This document shows, in pieces, positions 14,312 to 27,513 of a stretch of DNA of 64,000 bases. Where the stretch lies: the NCBI GenBank assembly GCA_950097015.1, contig CATNEN010000010.1, positions 2,356,001 through 2,420,000 on the forward strand, read 5' to 3'. A program made the translations under genes and the position numbers. How positions within the stretch are numbered: the first letter of the stretch is position 1; each line of letters begins with the position of its first letter. The notes beneath the pieces were generated by a model. That model worked only from the letters and a program-made list of their open reading frames with translations, searched no databases and was not told the origin of the DNA. The DNA is from Macrostomum hystrix (Eukaryota > Animalia > Platyhelminthes).

Positions 14312-15064
14312 GACTGTTTCACAGATTTCTTAATATTCTATTCTGTGATATTCTGTGATACTATGTGACATTCTAGTTATCACAGAACTCGCGTTCACAA
14401 TTGATCTGGGCAGAAGCAGAATTCAGGCAAATATGTTTAGGGAACTGCAGGAATTTCCCAGTCTGATTTGTAAGAAGCTTGGAAGCATGAAATTCCGCTC
14501 GAAATGCTGGTCCTATTCTATTCGGTATCGAAATGGAAACTTCTAGTTTATCATCCTCACTTGTCACTTGTCCTGCAGTGACATGCGAGTATAAAATTTC
14601 ATAGCCATGCTGTCGCTTTTGTCATCTGAAGTGTTGGGGGGGGGCAAATAGTTGTTTTTATTATGCTGGCAATAAATTTCGCGTACCATATGAGATAGAA
14701 ATGCCGGGTGACATCGCAGCAACAAATGCTCTCCAGCGCCTTCGTAGGCCCTGTTGCGTAATCGTTTTTGTTCATGCCCGAAATATTACATAAAATGTTG
14801 CATTGCGATGTACGGCCGGTTGCTTGTCATTCTAGACGCTAAAGGGAATAAAAATGACATGCTGCACTGTGCACATGACATAGAATAATTATTTCAGGCC
14901 CAGTTTTTACCCAACGTTAGCAATATTTAACTTTTGCTTGCCAGACAAGTAAATCAAAGAAATTCAGATTTACTGATTCAGAAATCCTTTCTGACATCTA
15001 GCTCGATTCTCGTATATAAAATCTCCATGCAATACAAACGCTAGATCTCACATCTAATAATCCG

Positions 15065-15431
15065 AGCTCCATCTTACAATCCCTGACCCATCACCCAATC
15101 CCAGCCCCATCTCACAATCCCAGCCCATCTCACAATCCCAGCCCCATCTCACAATCCCAGCCCTATCTCACAATCCCAGCCCCATCTCACAATCCCAGCT
15201 CCATCTCACAATCCCAGCCCCATCTCACAATCCCAGCCCCATCTCACAATCCCAGCCCTATCTCACAATCCCAGCCCCACCTCGCAATCCCAGCCCCATC
15301 TCACAATCCCAGCCCATCTCACAATCCCAGCTCCATCTCGCAATCCCGGCTCCATCTCACAATCCCAGCCCATCTCACAATCCCAGCCCATCTCACAATC
15401 CCAGCCCATCTCACAATCTCACAATCTCACA
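15065..15431 (-). repeat. 18-19-bp minisatellite (CCATCTCACAATCCCAGCC on +)
   Basis: Tandem units; the reverse complement is related to the 2960-5696 unit. Confidence 0.93.
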
Positions 15432-16555
15432 ACAGTTGCAGAACAGGGAGCAGAGGAGATGCGAAAAACAAGAGTAGTTTCTCTTGAGTTGAGATTCCAA
15501 CTCTCGGGCTCACGATCAGAGCTCAAACCACGTTATCAACAAGAAAATAAACAACAAAAGGCCGAGGGCATGAATTGGAAAGCAACAAATCTAATTTCCT
15601 TTTAGTTCTGCTTTTTAGCAGCATGGATTAATCAGGCTATATTTTCATAGAAGTGATTTGATGCGACTCTGACAGCAGACGTCAGCCCAGTGACGCAAGC
15701 GGACGCCGCCTTCGACACTCTTGAACGAGCGTAGCAACAAACTGAGGATTTGCAAGAGTGCAGCGGGATACAAATACAGCCTATAGCAAGCCAGAAGAAA
15801 AACTGCGATAGCGAAGAAAACTGTTTAGTGATACGAGCGTATTCATCTAATTTGATAAAAGGTCTGTCTTGTTTCAGAAGTCAAGGTGGACGAAACAAAA
15901 TGAGGGAGAGGCTTAAAACACCAACACAAACTGGGAGCAGATCGGAAGAATAAAAATATGAAAACAACGGAAACAAGTTGCCAGAGAAACGATTGCCGAG
16001 TTAAACTGAGAATTTCATTTCCCTTGTCATCAGGTTGAGGTTATGCTTGGACACTGCCACGGCCAGCATCAGACGGCATCACTGGAGGACCGCCAGATGG
16101 GGGGTAGTGGCGCATTCCAGAAGGATCAGCGGGTATAATATCCCTGAAGAACTAGCGATAGGGGTAACAGCTCATCAGTGAAGGAAGTCAGTTGCAAACA
16201 TAGACGCTTTGATTTAAGAATGGAGTAAAAAAAATAATCAATCGCTAACCTAAAAAAAAGTCGTGAGAAAACAGGACAAGGAAAGCATTGCCTGATACTG
16301 GGGATTAGGAAACAAGTACACGGAAATCAATGGCAAAGTAGATTTAAAATGACATTTTTGAATAAAACACAATGCAAGTTAAAGGAGGGACATTTGCCGT
16401 TTAACCAGTTTTTAAATCTTTTGAAGACGAAAAAAATGTGTGCAGAAAAACAAGCAGGCAGACACGTCACGAATATCGCATTGCTGCTCACAGGTGGTAG
16501 AACAGGAGGATTGTGGAAAGTGGAATGCTCTTGAACACGACTGTAGAAGCAAATT

Positions 16556-17052
16556 CTGGGATTGGGTGAGATGGAGCTGGGATTGGGTGAGATTGAGCTG
16601 GGATTGGGTGAGATGGAGCTGGGATTGGGTGAGATGGAGCTGGGATTGGGTGAGATGGAGCTGGGATTGGGTCAGATGGAGCTGGGATTGGGTGATATGG
16701 AGCTGGGATTGGGTGAGATGGAGCTGGGATTGGGTGATATGGAGCTGGGATTGGGTGAGATGGAGCTGGGATTAGGTGATATGGAGCTGGGATTGGGTGA
16801 GATGGAGCTGGGATTGGGTGAGATGGAGCTGGGATTGGGTGATATGGAGCTGGGATTGGGTGAGATGGAGCTGGGATTGGGTGAGATGGAGCTGGGATTG
16901 GGTGAGATGGAGCTGGGATTGGGTCAGATGGAGCTGGGATTGGGTGAGATGGAGCTGGGATTGGGTGAGATGGAGCTGGGATTGGGTCAGATGGAGCTGG
17001 GATTGGGTGAGATGGAGCTGGGATTGGGTGAGGTGGAGCTGGGATTGGGTGA
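16556..17052 (+). repeat. 21-bp G-rich minisatellite (GGGATTGGGTGAGATGGAGCT), about 23 copies
   Basis: Tandem units; the ELGLGEM and WSWDWVR ORFs are repeat translations. Confidence 0.96.
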
Positions 17053-17363
17053 GACCAGAAGGCGTGGCTAAACTATATTGTTGCAATTGAAAGTTTATGA
17101 TCACTAGCTGCAGTAAAAAAACTATAGGGAAAACTGAAATACGAGTTATAGAACACCGAATTCTAGATTTTGGCACCAATTTGAACTTCTGAAACAATTA
17201 GTGCAAATTGATGGCGAACTTGTTGCTAAGTAAATTGCGAGGCCTCAAAATAATAATGAAAACATAGCTAAAAATATTGTTTTGCTAGCATTCAGCTGGT
17301 TTTGAGTCAGTTTTCCCTGTGAAGCAACAGGAGCGGGACACGGGTATTCGCTGAACTGATTTT

Positions 17364-18026
17364 TTAGGCCTTAGTGGGATAACGAGGATAGGAAACCGAC
17401 TTCTTGTCCGAGAAGAAAGTTCTAAGAACCATCACCTGTCCGAAGCCGCAGAACACGACGGCAATAGCCAGGATGGCGCTGAATACCATCACTCGTTCGT
17501 TCAGATCCTCGCTGATCTCCCTGCCCTCTGCCTCGCGCATCTTGTAGATGGATTGCACCGTCTCTACGGTGACCAGGAATTCGTGGATCGCCTCCATCTT
17601 GGTCTGCAGAAGCGACATCGCCGTGGGCACGTTGGTAGCTCCGGCCTCCTCGGCTAGGCTCTCCGGTCGCTTGCGATTCAGAGCGAAGTAGACCTGCTTG
17701 TGTGTGATGGTCGAAAACTTGTTGCCAAAGCAGAACGAGTAGGTTCCAGGATGGAAGGTGTGCTCGTGCTCGTCAAAATGCTGCTTCTGTTTCTCGTAGA
17801 CTTTCCGGTTATCCGGAGCCGTGATGGCGAAGTCCACGTCATTATTGCCGCCGCGAATCACCCGAAACACGGTGGAGAATGCTTCTTTGGTGGCGTCTTG
17901 TGCGAACTCTTCGTAGAAGCAGAATTCCTCGTTGTCTGGTAGTTCGAAAACAAATTCTTTGGGATATTTGTCGAATGCAGCTGCCACAGTAATTAGGGAC
18001 AAAATGACGATTAAAAAGTTGTTCAT
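17364..18026 (-). CDS. TMED7: p24/emp24/gp25L family cargo receptor (TMED3/TMED7-like, gamma subfamily)
   Basis: Signal peptide MNNFLIVILSLITVAAA; GOLD domain FCFYEE..GGNNDVDF..GTYSFCFGNKFSTITHKQVYF; coiled coil; C-terminal TM helix; FFSDKK tail. First ATG is 18026. Assignment to TMED7 rather than TMED3 rests on the tail only. Confidence 0.92.
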   Translation of the reverse strand: MNNFLIVILSLITVAAAFDKYPKEFVFELPDNEEFCFYEEFAQDATKEAFSTVFRVIRGGNNDVDFAITAPDNRKVYEKQKQHFDEHEHTFHPGTYSFCFGNKFSTITHKQVYFALNRKRPESLAEEAGATNVPTAMSLLQTKMEAIHEFLVTVETVQSIYKMREAEGREISEDLNERVMVFSAILAIAVVFCGFGQVMVLRTFFSDKKSVSYPRYPTKA

Positions 18027-18924
18027 TTTCTGTAACAATATTTTTGTTGTTGAGCTAAATTTGCAGAAAGATCGTGAAGCAAGAGCAAGCGTTTACTACT
18101 GACACGTCATTGTTAAACTCTTTTCTAGGCTTGTTGGGGTAGAGGGACAAAACTCAGCCACTGCTAATAGGGGTGAAATTTATTCAAATGTACATAGGCC
18201 ACTTGGGCCGGCGGGCCACAGACAGCTAGAACGCAGATTATGTACATTTGTGCGGGTGAATGAAGAGAGCGAGAAATTCCAGCCTATGTACACTCAAGCC
18301 CTAACCGGTATGAAATTAAAACCGGGGAACACATTTTCCGTACCGCCAGTCCCGGCTTTCCTTTCCATCCAAGTTCTTTCCCGAAACCCTCCCATTCAAA
18401 GCTACGTACAGTCTCCGTAGTCCATATTTCGGGCTTTCTACATTTTTCTGTTCATCGCCTCATAGTAGGATGAAAGCGAACTCAGCCTATTCACTATTGA
18501 ATCGGTACGACAGCTCAGTCAGAAATTGAATTTAAATCATCGACCTGAATGTCGAATGTAAGTTTGCTGGTCTGTATATAGATCCAGCAAATTCTATTAA
18601 TAAAATAGATGAAGAAAAGTTAATGTCTTAGCAGAAAACCTTTGCGTTGGAATGTAGATAAGAGTGAAATAAATATTTCGAGTTGCTTAATAAACAATTT
18701 CCTCCGGTCAGCGGTCAATATTTGATCTAACAATCGGTAAAACCCTTTCTGAAATTCGAAAAGCTAAACAGCGTGTGATATAAATTTCAATGCATTTCCA
18801 TTTAGTTTTGTAATGTCAGGATGATGTTATTCCTAGACACGTCTCATACGTATAGAGCTACATTAATGGAAAGAGCGCTTTCTATTAATCAATACATCCA
18901 GCATCAAGGGATTGATGCGTCTTC

Positions 18925-19795
18925 ATGAATAGATGCTACTGCACCCCCCATCCTGCATGAACTGATGCTACTGCACCCCCCATCCTGCATAGACTGATGC
19001 TACTGCACCCCCCATCCTGCATGGACTGATGCTACTGCACCCCCATCCTGCATGGACTGATGCTACTGCACCCCCATCCTGGATGGACTGATGCTACTGC
19101 ACCCCCATCCTGCATGGACTGATGCACTGCACCCCCCATCCTGCATGAACTGATGCTACTGCACCCCCATCCTGCATAGATTGATGCTACTGCACCCCAT
19201 ACTGCATGGATTGATGCTACTGCACCCCCATCCTGCATGGACTGATGCTACTGCACCCCCCATCCTGCATGGACTGATGCAACTGCACCCCCATCCTGCA
19301 TGGATTGATGCTACTGCACCCCCCATCCTGCATGGACTGATGCTACTGCACCCCACATCCTGCATGGACTGATGCTACTGCACCCCCCATCCTGCATGGA
19401 TTGATGCTACTGCACCCCCATCCTGCAAGGATTTATGCTACTGCACCCCCATCCTGCATGGATTGATGCTACTGCACCCCCATCCTGCATGGATTGATGC
19501 TACTGCACCCCCATCCTGCATGGACTGATGCTACTGCACCCCCATCCTGCATGGACTGATGCTACTGCACCCCCATCCTGGATGGACTGATGCTACTGCA
19601 CCCCCATCCTGCATGGACTGATGCTACTGCACCCCCATCCTGCATGGACTGATGCTACTGCACCCCCCATCCTGCATGGACTGATGCTACTGCACCCCCA
19701 TCCTGCATGGACTGATGCTACTGCACCCCCCATCCTGCATGGACTGATGCTACCGCACCCCCATCCTGCATGGACTGATGCTACTGCACCCTCAA
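18925..19795 (+). repeat. 31-32-bp minisatellite (CTGATGCTACTGCACCCCC(C)ATCCTGCATGGA), about 27 copies
   Basis: Tandem units with a variable C run. Confidence 0.96.
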
Positions 19796-20175
19796 CCTTC
19801 ATGCATTGACGCCACAATGAGAAAAGAAAGAAAATGATAAACAGAGCTAAACAAGAATGCAGTTGTCTAGGATTGGATAGAGGAAAATGCAACGTCAATG
19901 ATTTGGTCACCAATCGAGTCGAACAATTTACTCCTATGGGCATTGGAATCGGGACCATTTTATTTGAAATATATTTTAGTGCATAAAGCAAACAAAAATA
20001 ACGGAGAATATGGATTAGCGGAATTGATGCTTCACTGAACACAGATGAGAGGGCCTGCGAAAAGCACAGCTTTCGACAGGAACTGCATGGATTTTCTTAG
20101 TGCAAGTTTAGTTTTTAATAGGGGATAAAAATCAACAAGCGGTGTGACAGCAGGAATCAGTCGGGAGAAATCGAA

Positions 20176-23100
20176 TTATTTCTTCTTTTTTTTCGCCGCC
20201 GGAGCAGATGAAGCCTTAGACTTGGATCCTGAGCTGGCGGCGGCCGCAGTTGATTTAGTTTTAGCAGCAGTTGGTTTTGCTTTGGCACCACCGGTAGTGT
20301 CCTTGGCTTTGACTGCCTTTTTTGGCTTCTGAAATGGTTCGGTTTGCAACCCAGTTTATCAACTGCAGAGCTTCAGCTGCTCTACTGACAGTAGCGTAGT
20401 AGGCGAATTTTTTAATAACAAACCTTGATCATGGCGTCTACTGCTGGGTCCGAGTCGTCGCCTTCTGCGTCGGCCTCCTCTTCGCCTTCGCCTTCGTAGA
20501 GCATCGCCTCTTCGCCGAATTCGTCTGCGGCAGATGCGGCCGCCTTTCGCTTAGCCGGGGCTTGTACCAGCGAGTAGGGAGTCAGGTGAGCCGACTTGTT
20601 GTAAGCCCTAGTGAGGGCCGCTTTCACCTGCAAGGGAAAACGATGAAAGCATTGGTCATAAAGGATAGGATCAATAAAAATAGGTAGTAATTGATGAGCA
20701 GATAAAGGACGCTTTCACCTTTCGATTCGTAGACTGAGACAGCCTACACCTACACCCAGCTAATGCTGGCACCCTTTGACCTTAATACTAGGGAATTAAG
20801 TGTATTTCCCAAGGACACAAATTGTATCCATTAAGCTGACACGCGAACTCCTGACCTATCGGTATGAAGTCCGAAGCACTAGCATCTAGGATACATGCTA
20901 GAGAGGAATCGAAACAGAATTTTCAAATCGAAATCAAAATCGAAATTTTTACAAGGCATAAAAGTAGTCACATTTAATATCTCTAGTACTCCCCGAATAT
21001 TAACTTTCGCGTATGTTCTATTCCTGAATATATTTGTCTTTGACAAACTACTCAGCAATGCTGAAATAAGGGGATTTGACTTTGTGTCTGATTTGGACTG
21101 AAGTTTGAACTTTTATGTTGCCGAAGTGTGTGCACGTTCGATTGGATAATTCAACTAATCGGCATGGTCGGCAATATTGTGTGACTTGATTTGTTTTAAC
21201 TTGTACCAGAGATTCTCGAAATAAAGTTTCGATAAAATTGTTTCGAAATTCGAAATCGAAGTTAATCGATGTGCACCGAAGTTAATTCGGTGCACAATTT
21301 GGCACCGAAATTCGGAAAATATAAATCAAAATCTAATCTCGATCTATCTCAGGTACACGCGCCCTATCTGAGAGCTAATAAAAGATGGGTAAAAAATAAA
21401 TCAGGTTCAGTAAAATATAAATCATTGCCTATACGGCGGTGAGCAGACTGCACATCCCATGTATATGAGCACTGCTCACCTTGGGATCTACACCAGCCAG
21501 CGGGTCGGAGCGGCCGGGCCAGGCGGCTAGCTCGAGCAGCGAGTCCATGTCCTCGCGCTGCAGATCATAAGCCTCAAGGACGCCGACAACTCCGGGCACG
21601 CCTTCGGCGCCGGCCAGCCGCAGTGGCCGTGTCAGGGCGCAGGCCAGGTGCTCGGCCAGGTCCAGGCCGAGGTCCCGGCTGGCCAGGCCACCCGAGGCCA
21701 GGCGCAGGTGGCAGGCCAGAAGGCCGAGCTGCCTGGCCGCCTTGCCGGCCGTGGAGTTACGGCCCAGCCAGGCTGGGAAGGTCACCTGACCAAGGAACTG
21801 ACCGGACACGCAGCGGCCAGGCAGGACAGAGGAGAACAGGGCCTGGGTCGGCAGCAGGGCCCAGTTGCCGGAGGAGCGAATTGACCGACTGCAAATGTCG
21901 CCCAGGGCGATCGAGTCAGCGGCCAGGCTGAGCAGCTGGAGTCGACGCAGATCCCGCTTGCCGGCAGGCAGGGAGCGGAGCGAGTCCGGCTCAGTCAGGG
22001 GATAATTCTCCTGAATAAACAGCGGCTCCATGTTGTAGTCCTGCGGCGGGTGGTGAGGGGTGAGTAATCAGAAGATGCGTAAGAGAATAGCTGTCCGGAA
22101 ACTTTCAGGGCCTGATGCTACAGCCCGCACTAAGAGTTGACAACTCACCTGAAAGAACAGGTCAGACAGCTCGTTAATCGTCTTGCCGGCAGTCTCATCT
22201 GAGCTCAGCGCCTTGCGGGCCAAATCGAAAGGTCCGAAGCGTAGGTCCTTGCGGGACCGATTGGCGTCCTTTCGGAGCTGCTCAGCCCCAGTGGAACCGC
22301 CGCTATTGCTGGTCCAGGCCTAAGGATTGAAAACAGTCGAAAATGCGCCTCATGTACGGCTAGCTGCCTTCTAAAGTCTCTACAGAAAACTTTTAGATTT
22401 AAAATGAGCAAACAGGATGATGGCAGACCAAGAAAGGATAAAGATTTGGCACACATGATTTGTAGGGTGACAGGCAATTGTACCTGCATCTTATGAGCTA
22501 TGGGAAAATCTACCTGCAAATTGTGAATAGTTTGCCGAACGTCGTTATTAGACGCTGCGATGACATCAAGCAGAGCCTGGGCATCAACGCGGAGGCCCTC
22601 CCGGCTGGCGATGGACATGGCTGCGCCGCGGATCTGCTCCGGCCGTGGCCGCTGGAAACGCAGGTCGAAGCAGTAGTTGGCCAGGGAGCGCATCTTCATG
22701 TGGTTGCGGTCGTTGCAGATGCAGATAATCGGCACCTTGACGGGGGCAGATGCGGGTGCTTGAGCTTGCGATGAGCTTGAGATTGCGGACGGTTTTGCTG
22801 GGACTATAGATCGGTTTTTATTACTTGCTGTTTCATAAAATCTTATATTCACTATGGTGTCAATTCTAAGCCACAGAAACCTGTTCGACGTTTTATGATC
22901 TCAGATGCCACATCACAGGCTCATTGATGCCGTCTGTCCCAGGCTCATTGATGCCATCTGTCCCAGGCTCATTGATGCCATCTGTCCCAGGCTCATTGAT
23001 GCCATCTGTCCCAGGCTCATTGATGCCATCTGTCCCAGGCTCATTGATGCCATCTGTCCCAGGCCCCTAATATCATCAAGCTTCAGGCTCACCTGGCTAG

Positions 23101-25664
23101 ACTTGATAAGCTGAATTAGCTCGGCCACGCCACCGCGATCCTCATTGCCAGCCATGCCGTCCACCTCGTCCATTATGACGCAACGTCGGCGACCATCTTC
23201 AACACCCCGACTGCTGCCTCCGCCGAACATGGCGCCTACTGAGAACGTACCAAGTGCCTCGCCGACAATCTCGTGCAGCGAGCGCTTATTCCTGGTGTCG
23301 GAGGCATTTAACTCCAGGCACTCGTAGCCCAGCTCCCGGCAAGCCAGGGTGGCCGTGGTGGTCTTGCCGATGCCCGGCGGTCCGGACAGGAGAGCCGCCT
23401 TCAGCACCGAGCCGTCGTTGTTGAAGCGCTGGAAAGACTGGGCGACACCGCGCTTCACTCCGCTGGCCAGGTGCCGGTGCCAGTCGGTCAGCCAGGCCAC
23501 CAGCTTGCTGGCACAGCTCGCCGGCCCCGCCTGGCCGATAATCTGCTTCAGCGAGCGCGGCTTGTATTTGTCCACCCACATGAGCTGCTGCTGACCCTCC
23601 GCTCTGGGATCAACGCCGCTGCCGCTTTGATTCGCTCCAGTTTTAACTCCGCTGCTTGATGCTTTAACCTCAGCCTGAGCTTTGCCACTTCCGCTGCTCT
23701 GCTTGGCCTCAGCCTGAGCTTTGCCACTTCCGCTGCTTTGCTTGGCCTCAGCCTGAGCTTTGCCACTTCCGCTGCTCTGCTTGGCCTCAGCCTGAGCTTT
23801 GCCACTTCCGCTGCTCTGCTTGACCTCAGCCTGAGCTTTGCCAGTTCCGCTGCTCTGCTTGACCTCAGCCTGAGCTTTGCCAGTTCCGCTGCTCTGCTTG
23901 ACCTCAGCCTGAGCTTTGCCAGTTCCGCTGCTCTGCTTGACCTCAGCCTGAGCTTTGCCAGTTCCGCTGCTCTGCTTGACCTCAGCCTGAGCTTTGCCAC
24001 TTCCGCTGCTCTGCTTGACCTCAGCCTGAGCTTTACAAGTTCCGCTGCTCTGCTTGGCCTCAGCCTGAGCTTTGCCACTACTCGCATTGCTGGATTCATT
24101 CTTTCTGTTATCCTTTTCACTCCCATTGCTGCGCTCGTCGTGTCGTGTCGCACTGCTGCCCGGCTCGGTGCCCATCAGCTCGACGGCGTCATCCTCGCAT
24201 GGATCCACAGACTCAAGGGGCTGTCCGAGCTTCTCACAAAGGAACGCGTAGAACTCCTTTTCAGAGCAGCAGCGAACCCCAGCCTGCTTGGCCTTCTCCA
24301 GCTTGGTGGCCCCGGGCTCCCGGCCCACCACGAGCATGCTGGTCCGCTTGCTCACGCTTTTGGTGACCTTGGCGCCGCACTGGTGAAGCAGCGCCTCGGC
24401 TGATTCCTTCTCTACGTAGTCCAGCACACCAGTAATGACAATTGTCTGGCCAACAAAGCTGTTGGGCTTAGCCTGTGCGGAATGCGGGTTCACACCTCAG
24501 GCATTACGAGTATTTACTCAAACTGGATAAATGAGAAATCAAGTCAAAGTCAAAATTGACGTGGAATATATCAATTTTACCTTGGGCAGTCGCAGCTCGC
24601 CCAGATGCTTGGGTCCATCACGGTGCAAATACGCCATATAGCTGGCCCGCTTAGCTTCTGGTGTGGTGGCAGATCGCTTTAGAGGGGACTTCTCAGCACC
24701 GGCTGTGGCTGGCTCCACTGCATGCGGCGATCTCGGTGGCGAAATCTGGCGCCCCTGTCGTTGCTGCTGCTTCTGGTTTGACTTCTGCTGCTGGGCCTGA
24801 ACAGACTTTAGCTTTGAGCCGCCAGCGACGGAGCTGCCAGCCCTAGGCGAAGCGGAAGCGACGAATGACGATTCAATCACATCCGGGTCATCATCATCAT
24901 CGATGGTCTGAAAGTCATCATCAATTAGTTTACATCAGCCTAGCCCGAACTCAGTACCCGAGTCCACCTTGACATCAAAGCCGATCCCCTAAGTTGCACC
25001 AACCATAGACAGTCTAGCAGTTCCTGGTGCACGCGCGGCAACCGAAGGAGCTGCTGTCAGTTTGCTGGATCCGGCGATGGGGCTGGTGAAGAAGTCCGCC
25101 GGGTTGACCTTTACGCGTTCCGTTGAAGCTGAGGAGCTGCTAGCCTGCTGGGCTAATTGACCGCCGCCGTTTATCCTGCTGAAGTAATTATCCAGAGTGT
25201 TCTTCTGCACCGGTGGCGCAGCTTTAGGACTCTTTGTTGCCGACTTTTTGCCGGAAGAAGCTTGCTGCTGCTTCTGGGCTCCGACTTTGCGCTGCTTGCT
25301 GGGCGAGTGCAGAGGAGAGTCCTCGCCATCTGAAGTGGAGGATGGCGGCATACTTAATCCATTTTGGCTAATCTCAGGATTATTGCAATGCGTAGCTACA
25401 GGTAACATCCCAAACAAGTAGCATGCCTTACCAGATTCTACAAACACTGTCTCTGGATGCTGCTTCTGCTTCTTCCTAGCTGGCTTTGCTTTTGCCGAAG
25501 CCTTTTCCTTGCTTCCAGATCGCAAACTAGCATTTTCTGACTCAGAGTCTGCAAAGATTGGTTTGAAATTAGCAATTTCAACCTGTCAAAAAAGACGAAA
25601 TTAGCCTTTAAAAATGCTCACCTGAGTCTGACAGAACCATAGACTGGCGTTTCTTCTTATTCAT
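20176..25664 (-). CDS. RFC1: Replication factor C large subunit, multi-exon
   Basis: Exons reconstructed at GT-AG sites: MNKKKRQSMVLSDS (ATG 25664); SYMAYLHRDGPK; BRCT (TIVITGVL..GAKVTKSVSKRT); WVDKYKP; Walker A GPPGIGKTT; ELNASD; Walker B VIMDEVDGM; DRGG; PIICICND; RFC1 C-terminal domain; VKAALTRAYNK; lysine-rich tail with stop at 20176-78. An additional upstream exon cannot be excluded. Confidence 0.96.
20790..20900 (+). mobile_element. Degenerate SINE/LINE 3'-tail-like fragment in an RFC1 intron
   Basis: TTAAGTGTATTTCCCAAGGACAC...GAACTCCTGACCTATCGG...AAGTCCGAAGCACTAGCATCTAGG resembles the common L2-type SINE tail pattern. Recognised by eye only. Confidence 0.35.
22915..23065 (+). repeat. 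24-bp minisatellite in an RFC1 intron, about 6 copies
   Basis: CAGGCTCATTGATGCCATCTGTCC repeats just past the exon donor near 23090. Confidence 0.92.
23660..24078 (-). repeat. Coding 39-bp repeat x11 inside RFC1 (KAQAE(V/A)KQSSG(T/S)G)
   Basis: In frame between the BRCT and AAA+ domains. Confidence 0.95.
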
Positions 25665-27513
25665 TGCTTAACTGTAACATGCAAGATAATAACATGCAGA
25701 CTATAAAAAGCATACGATAATCAAATTGTAACTAAATCACATGGTGAATACTAATATCTTCTGTCTTACATAGTTTTTGTAATACAAATTATATTGTTTA
25801 ACATTATAGTATCATTTTTTGTAGATTTTTGGTAAGATAGTTGGCTATAAACATTTTTTATCCAAATTTTATCAATTCTATAAAATCTATAGTATCATTT
25901 TTTGTAGATTTTTGGTAAGATAGTTGGCTATAAACATTTTTTATCCACATACCAGGCCTAATATTGACTAAAAAACCATAGACCTAATAAGAGTGTAAAA
26001 AATGCTACTATAATGTTCTATAAAAAAATTTCAATATATCCTAAACGAAAGGGCCTATTTTTATAATATTTTTTTCAATATTTGATTTCAATCAGTAAGC
26101 TTATTGAGAACTTACAATAACTAACCTAATAGCTGATCTTATATTTTTAATTAAATTTATATAAAATTTTTTTACTAAAAAACTAATTAAAGACAAAAAT
26201 CAATTGAATGAAAAAAAGCATTAAAGTTTTATATTTTAAAGTGCTTGCTAGCTACTTATGATTTTCTCTTCTAGGCACCTTAGCTATATAGCTACTATAT
26301 TTTATTTTACAATACCAATTCTAACCATTTCTTAAATTTCTTTGCAACATAAAAACTAAGTTAGGTAGCAATAGAACTCGTTAGTCTTCAAAATACAATG
26401 CAAAATGCAAAAGGCCTAAAAAATTAACTCACAAAAATTACTTAGACTTCCATAGTAAAACAAAAGTGTATTATTTCAAAGAGCTAAGTTAATATGAAAA
26501 CATGACATAAATATAAGAAATGAATGATTTAATGAATTCTAATGAATACTAATTGCTTCAAACTTCTAAAAATTTATAAATGAATAATAGGGCTTGAAGC
26601 CGCTTGATAAAGAAAAGTATATAAGCCTAGTTTATGAAATAGCTTTTGATGAACAGTGAACGGAAAATGATTATAAAGTTTGACAAAGTTTATGGCATTG
26701 CGACAGAGATAGGTAGCGACTGGATAGGCGGGTAGCAAAATATTTGATTGTCGACTTAGGAGAACATTATCATCTCCTGCAGCGTTTGTGAGGAGCAGGG
26801 TACAATAATTAATTTAGTAATAATTCAAAATTATCGTGATTCGATTCAAACACACTTTATAGTTTTACTAAAATGAAAAAATATCAAAAGAAAAAAAACA
26901 ATTTTTGAATATTTTTTTAACGAATTTTATTTGCGCACATTGTGTGAACACGCTCCAAGTATATGAAGAAATAGCTTTTCAAAATATTCTCCGTTGTAAA
27001 TTGAAACTATGTAATTACTAATACATTAATAAATACTTGCAAAAATGAAGCCTCGCCTGAGCAAAATCTACTTGTACAACTACTATCGATAAATATAAAT
27101 TGGGAGAAACTGTATCCAGGATTTTGGAAACTTATGTAGAACAACCTAGTGCCAATTTAATTTATCTAATAATCTAAATCTTTTCAAGCGTCAGTATGAT
27201 TGGAAGTGTAAGAAATGAAACAACAATTTTTAGAACGTAAAAAAAGTAACGTAAAAAAAGTTTTTTTAATATCCATGTTTTAGGAATTTGTTGTCAAAAA
27301 AGTATTTTGCTACATTCTTACGATGGCAACATGTAGCAATCATGTGGGCCCTTTCATCTTTCTGTATCAAACAACTTTCAACTTATAGACTGGTTTTAAA
27401 GGATTTTCAGAATTAAATATAAGCTTCTTTATTTGTTATTTTCAGACCACTGTGATAGAAACATGGTGTAAAATCGCCTATTTCAAACATTCAATAATAT
27501 CTTAAGTAAATTT

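Noticed and set aside
14340-16540. Possible small minus-strand exons (e.g. VFKSIPLSTILLFYHL with a GTGAG donor near 16480; GC-rich patches at 14700-14800, 15660-15760 and 16020-16150)
   Set aside because: I could not join them into a stop-free, recognisable protein. Transcript data are needed.
21623-24403. Plus-strand ORFs overlapping RFC1 (similar cases over UBA52, the ankyrin gene and the Y-box gene)
   Set aside because: They are antisense shadows of GC-rich coding sequence.
25805-25950. About 60-bp direct duplication in AT-rich DNA upstream of RFC1
   Set aside because: An ordinary local tandem duplication with no other feature.
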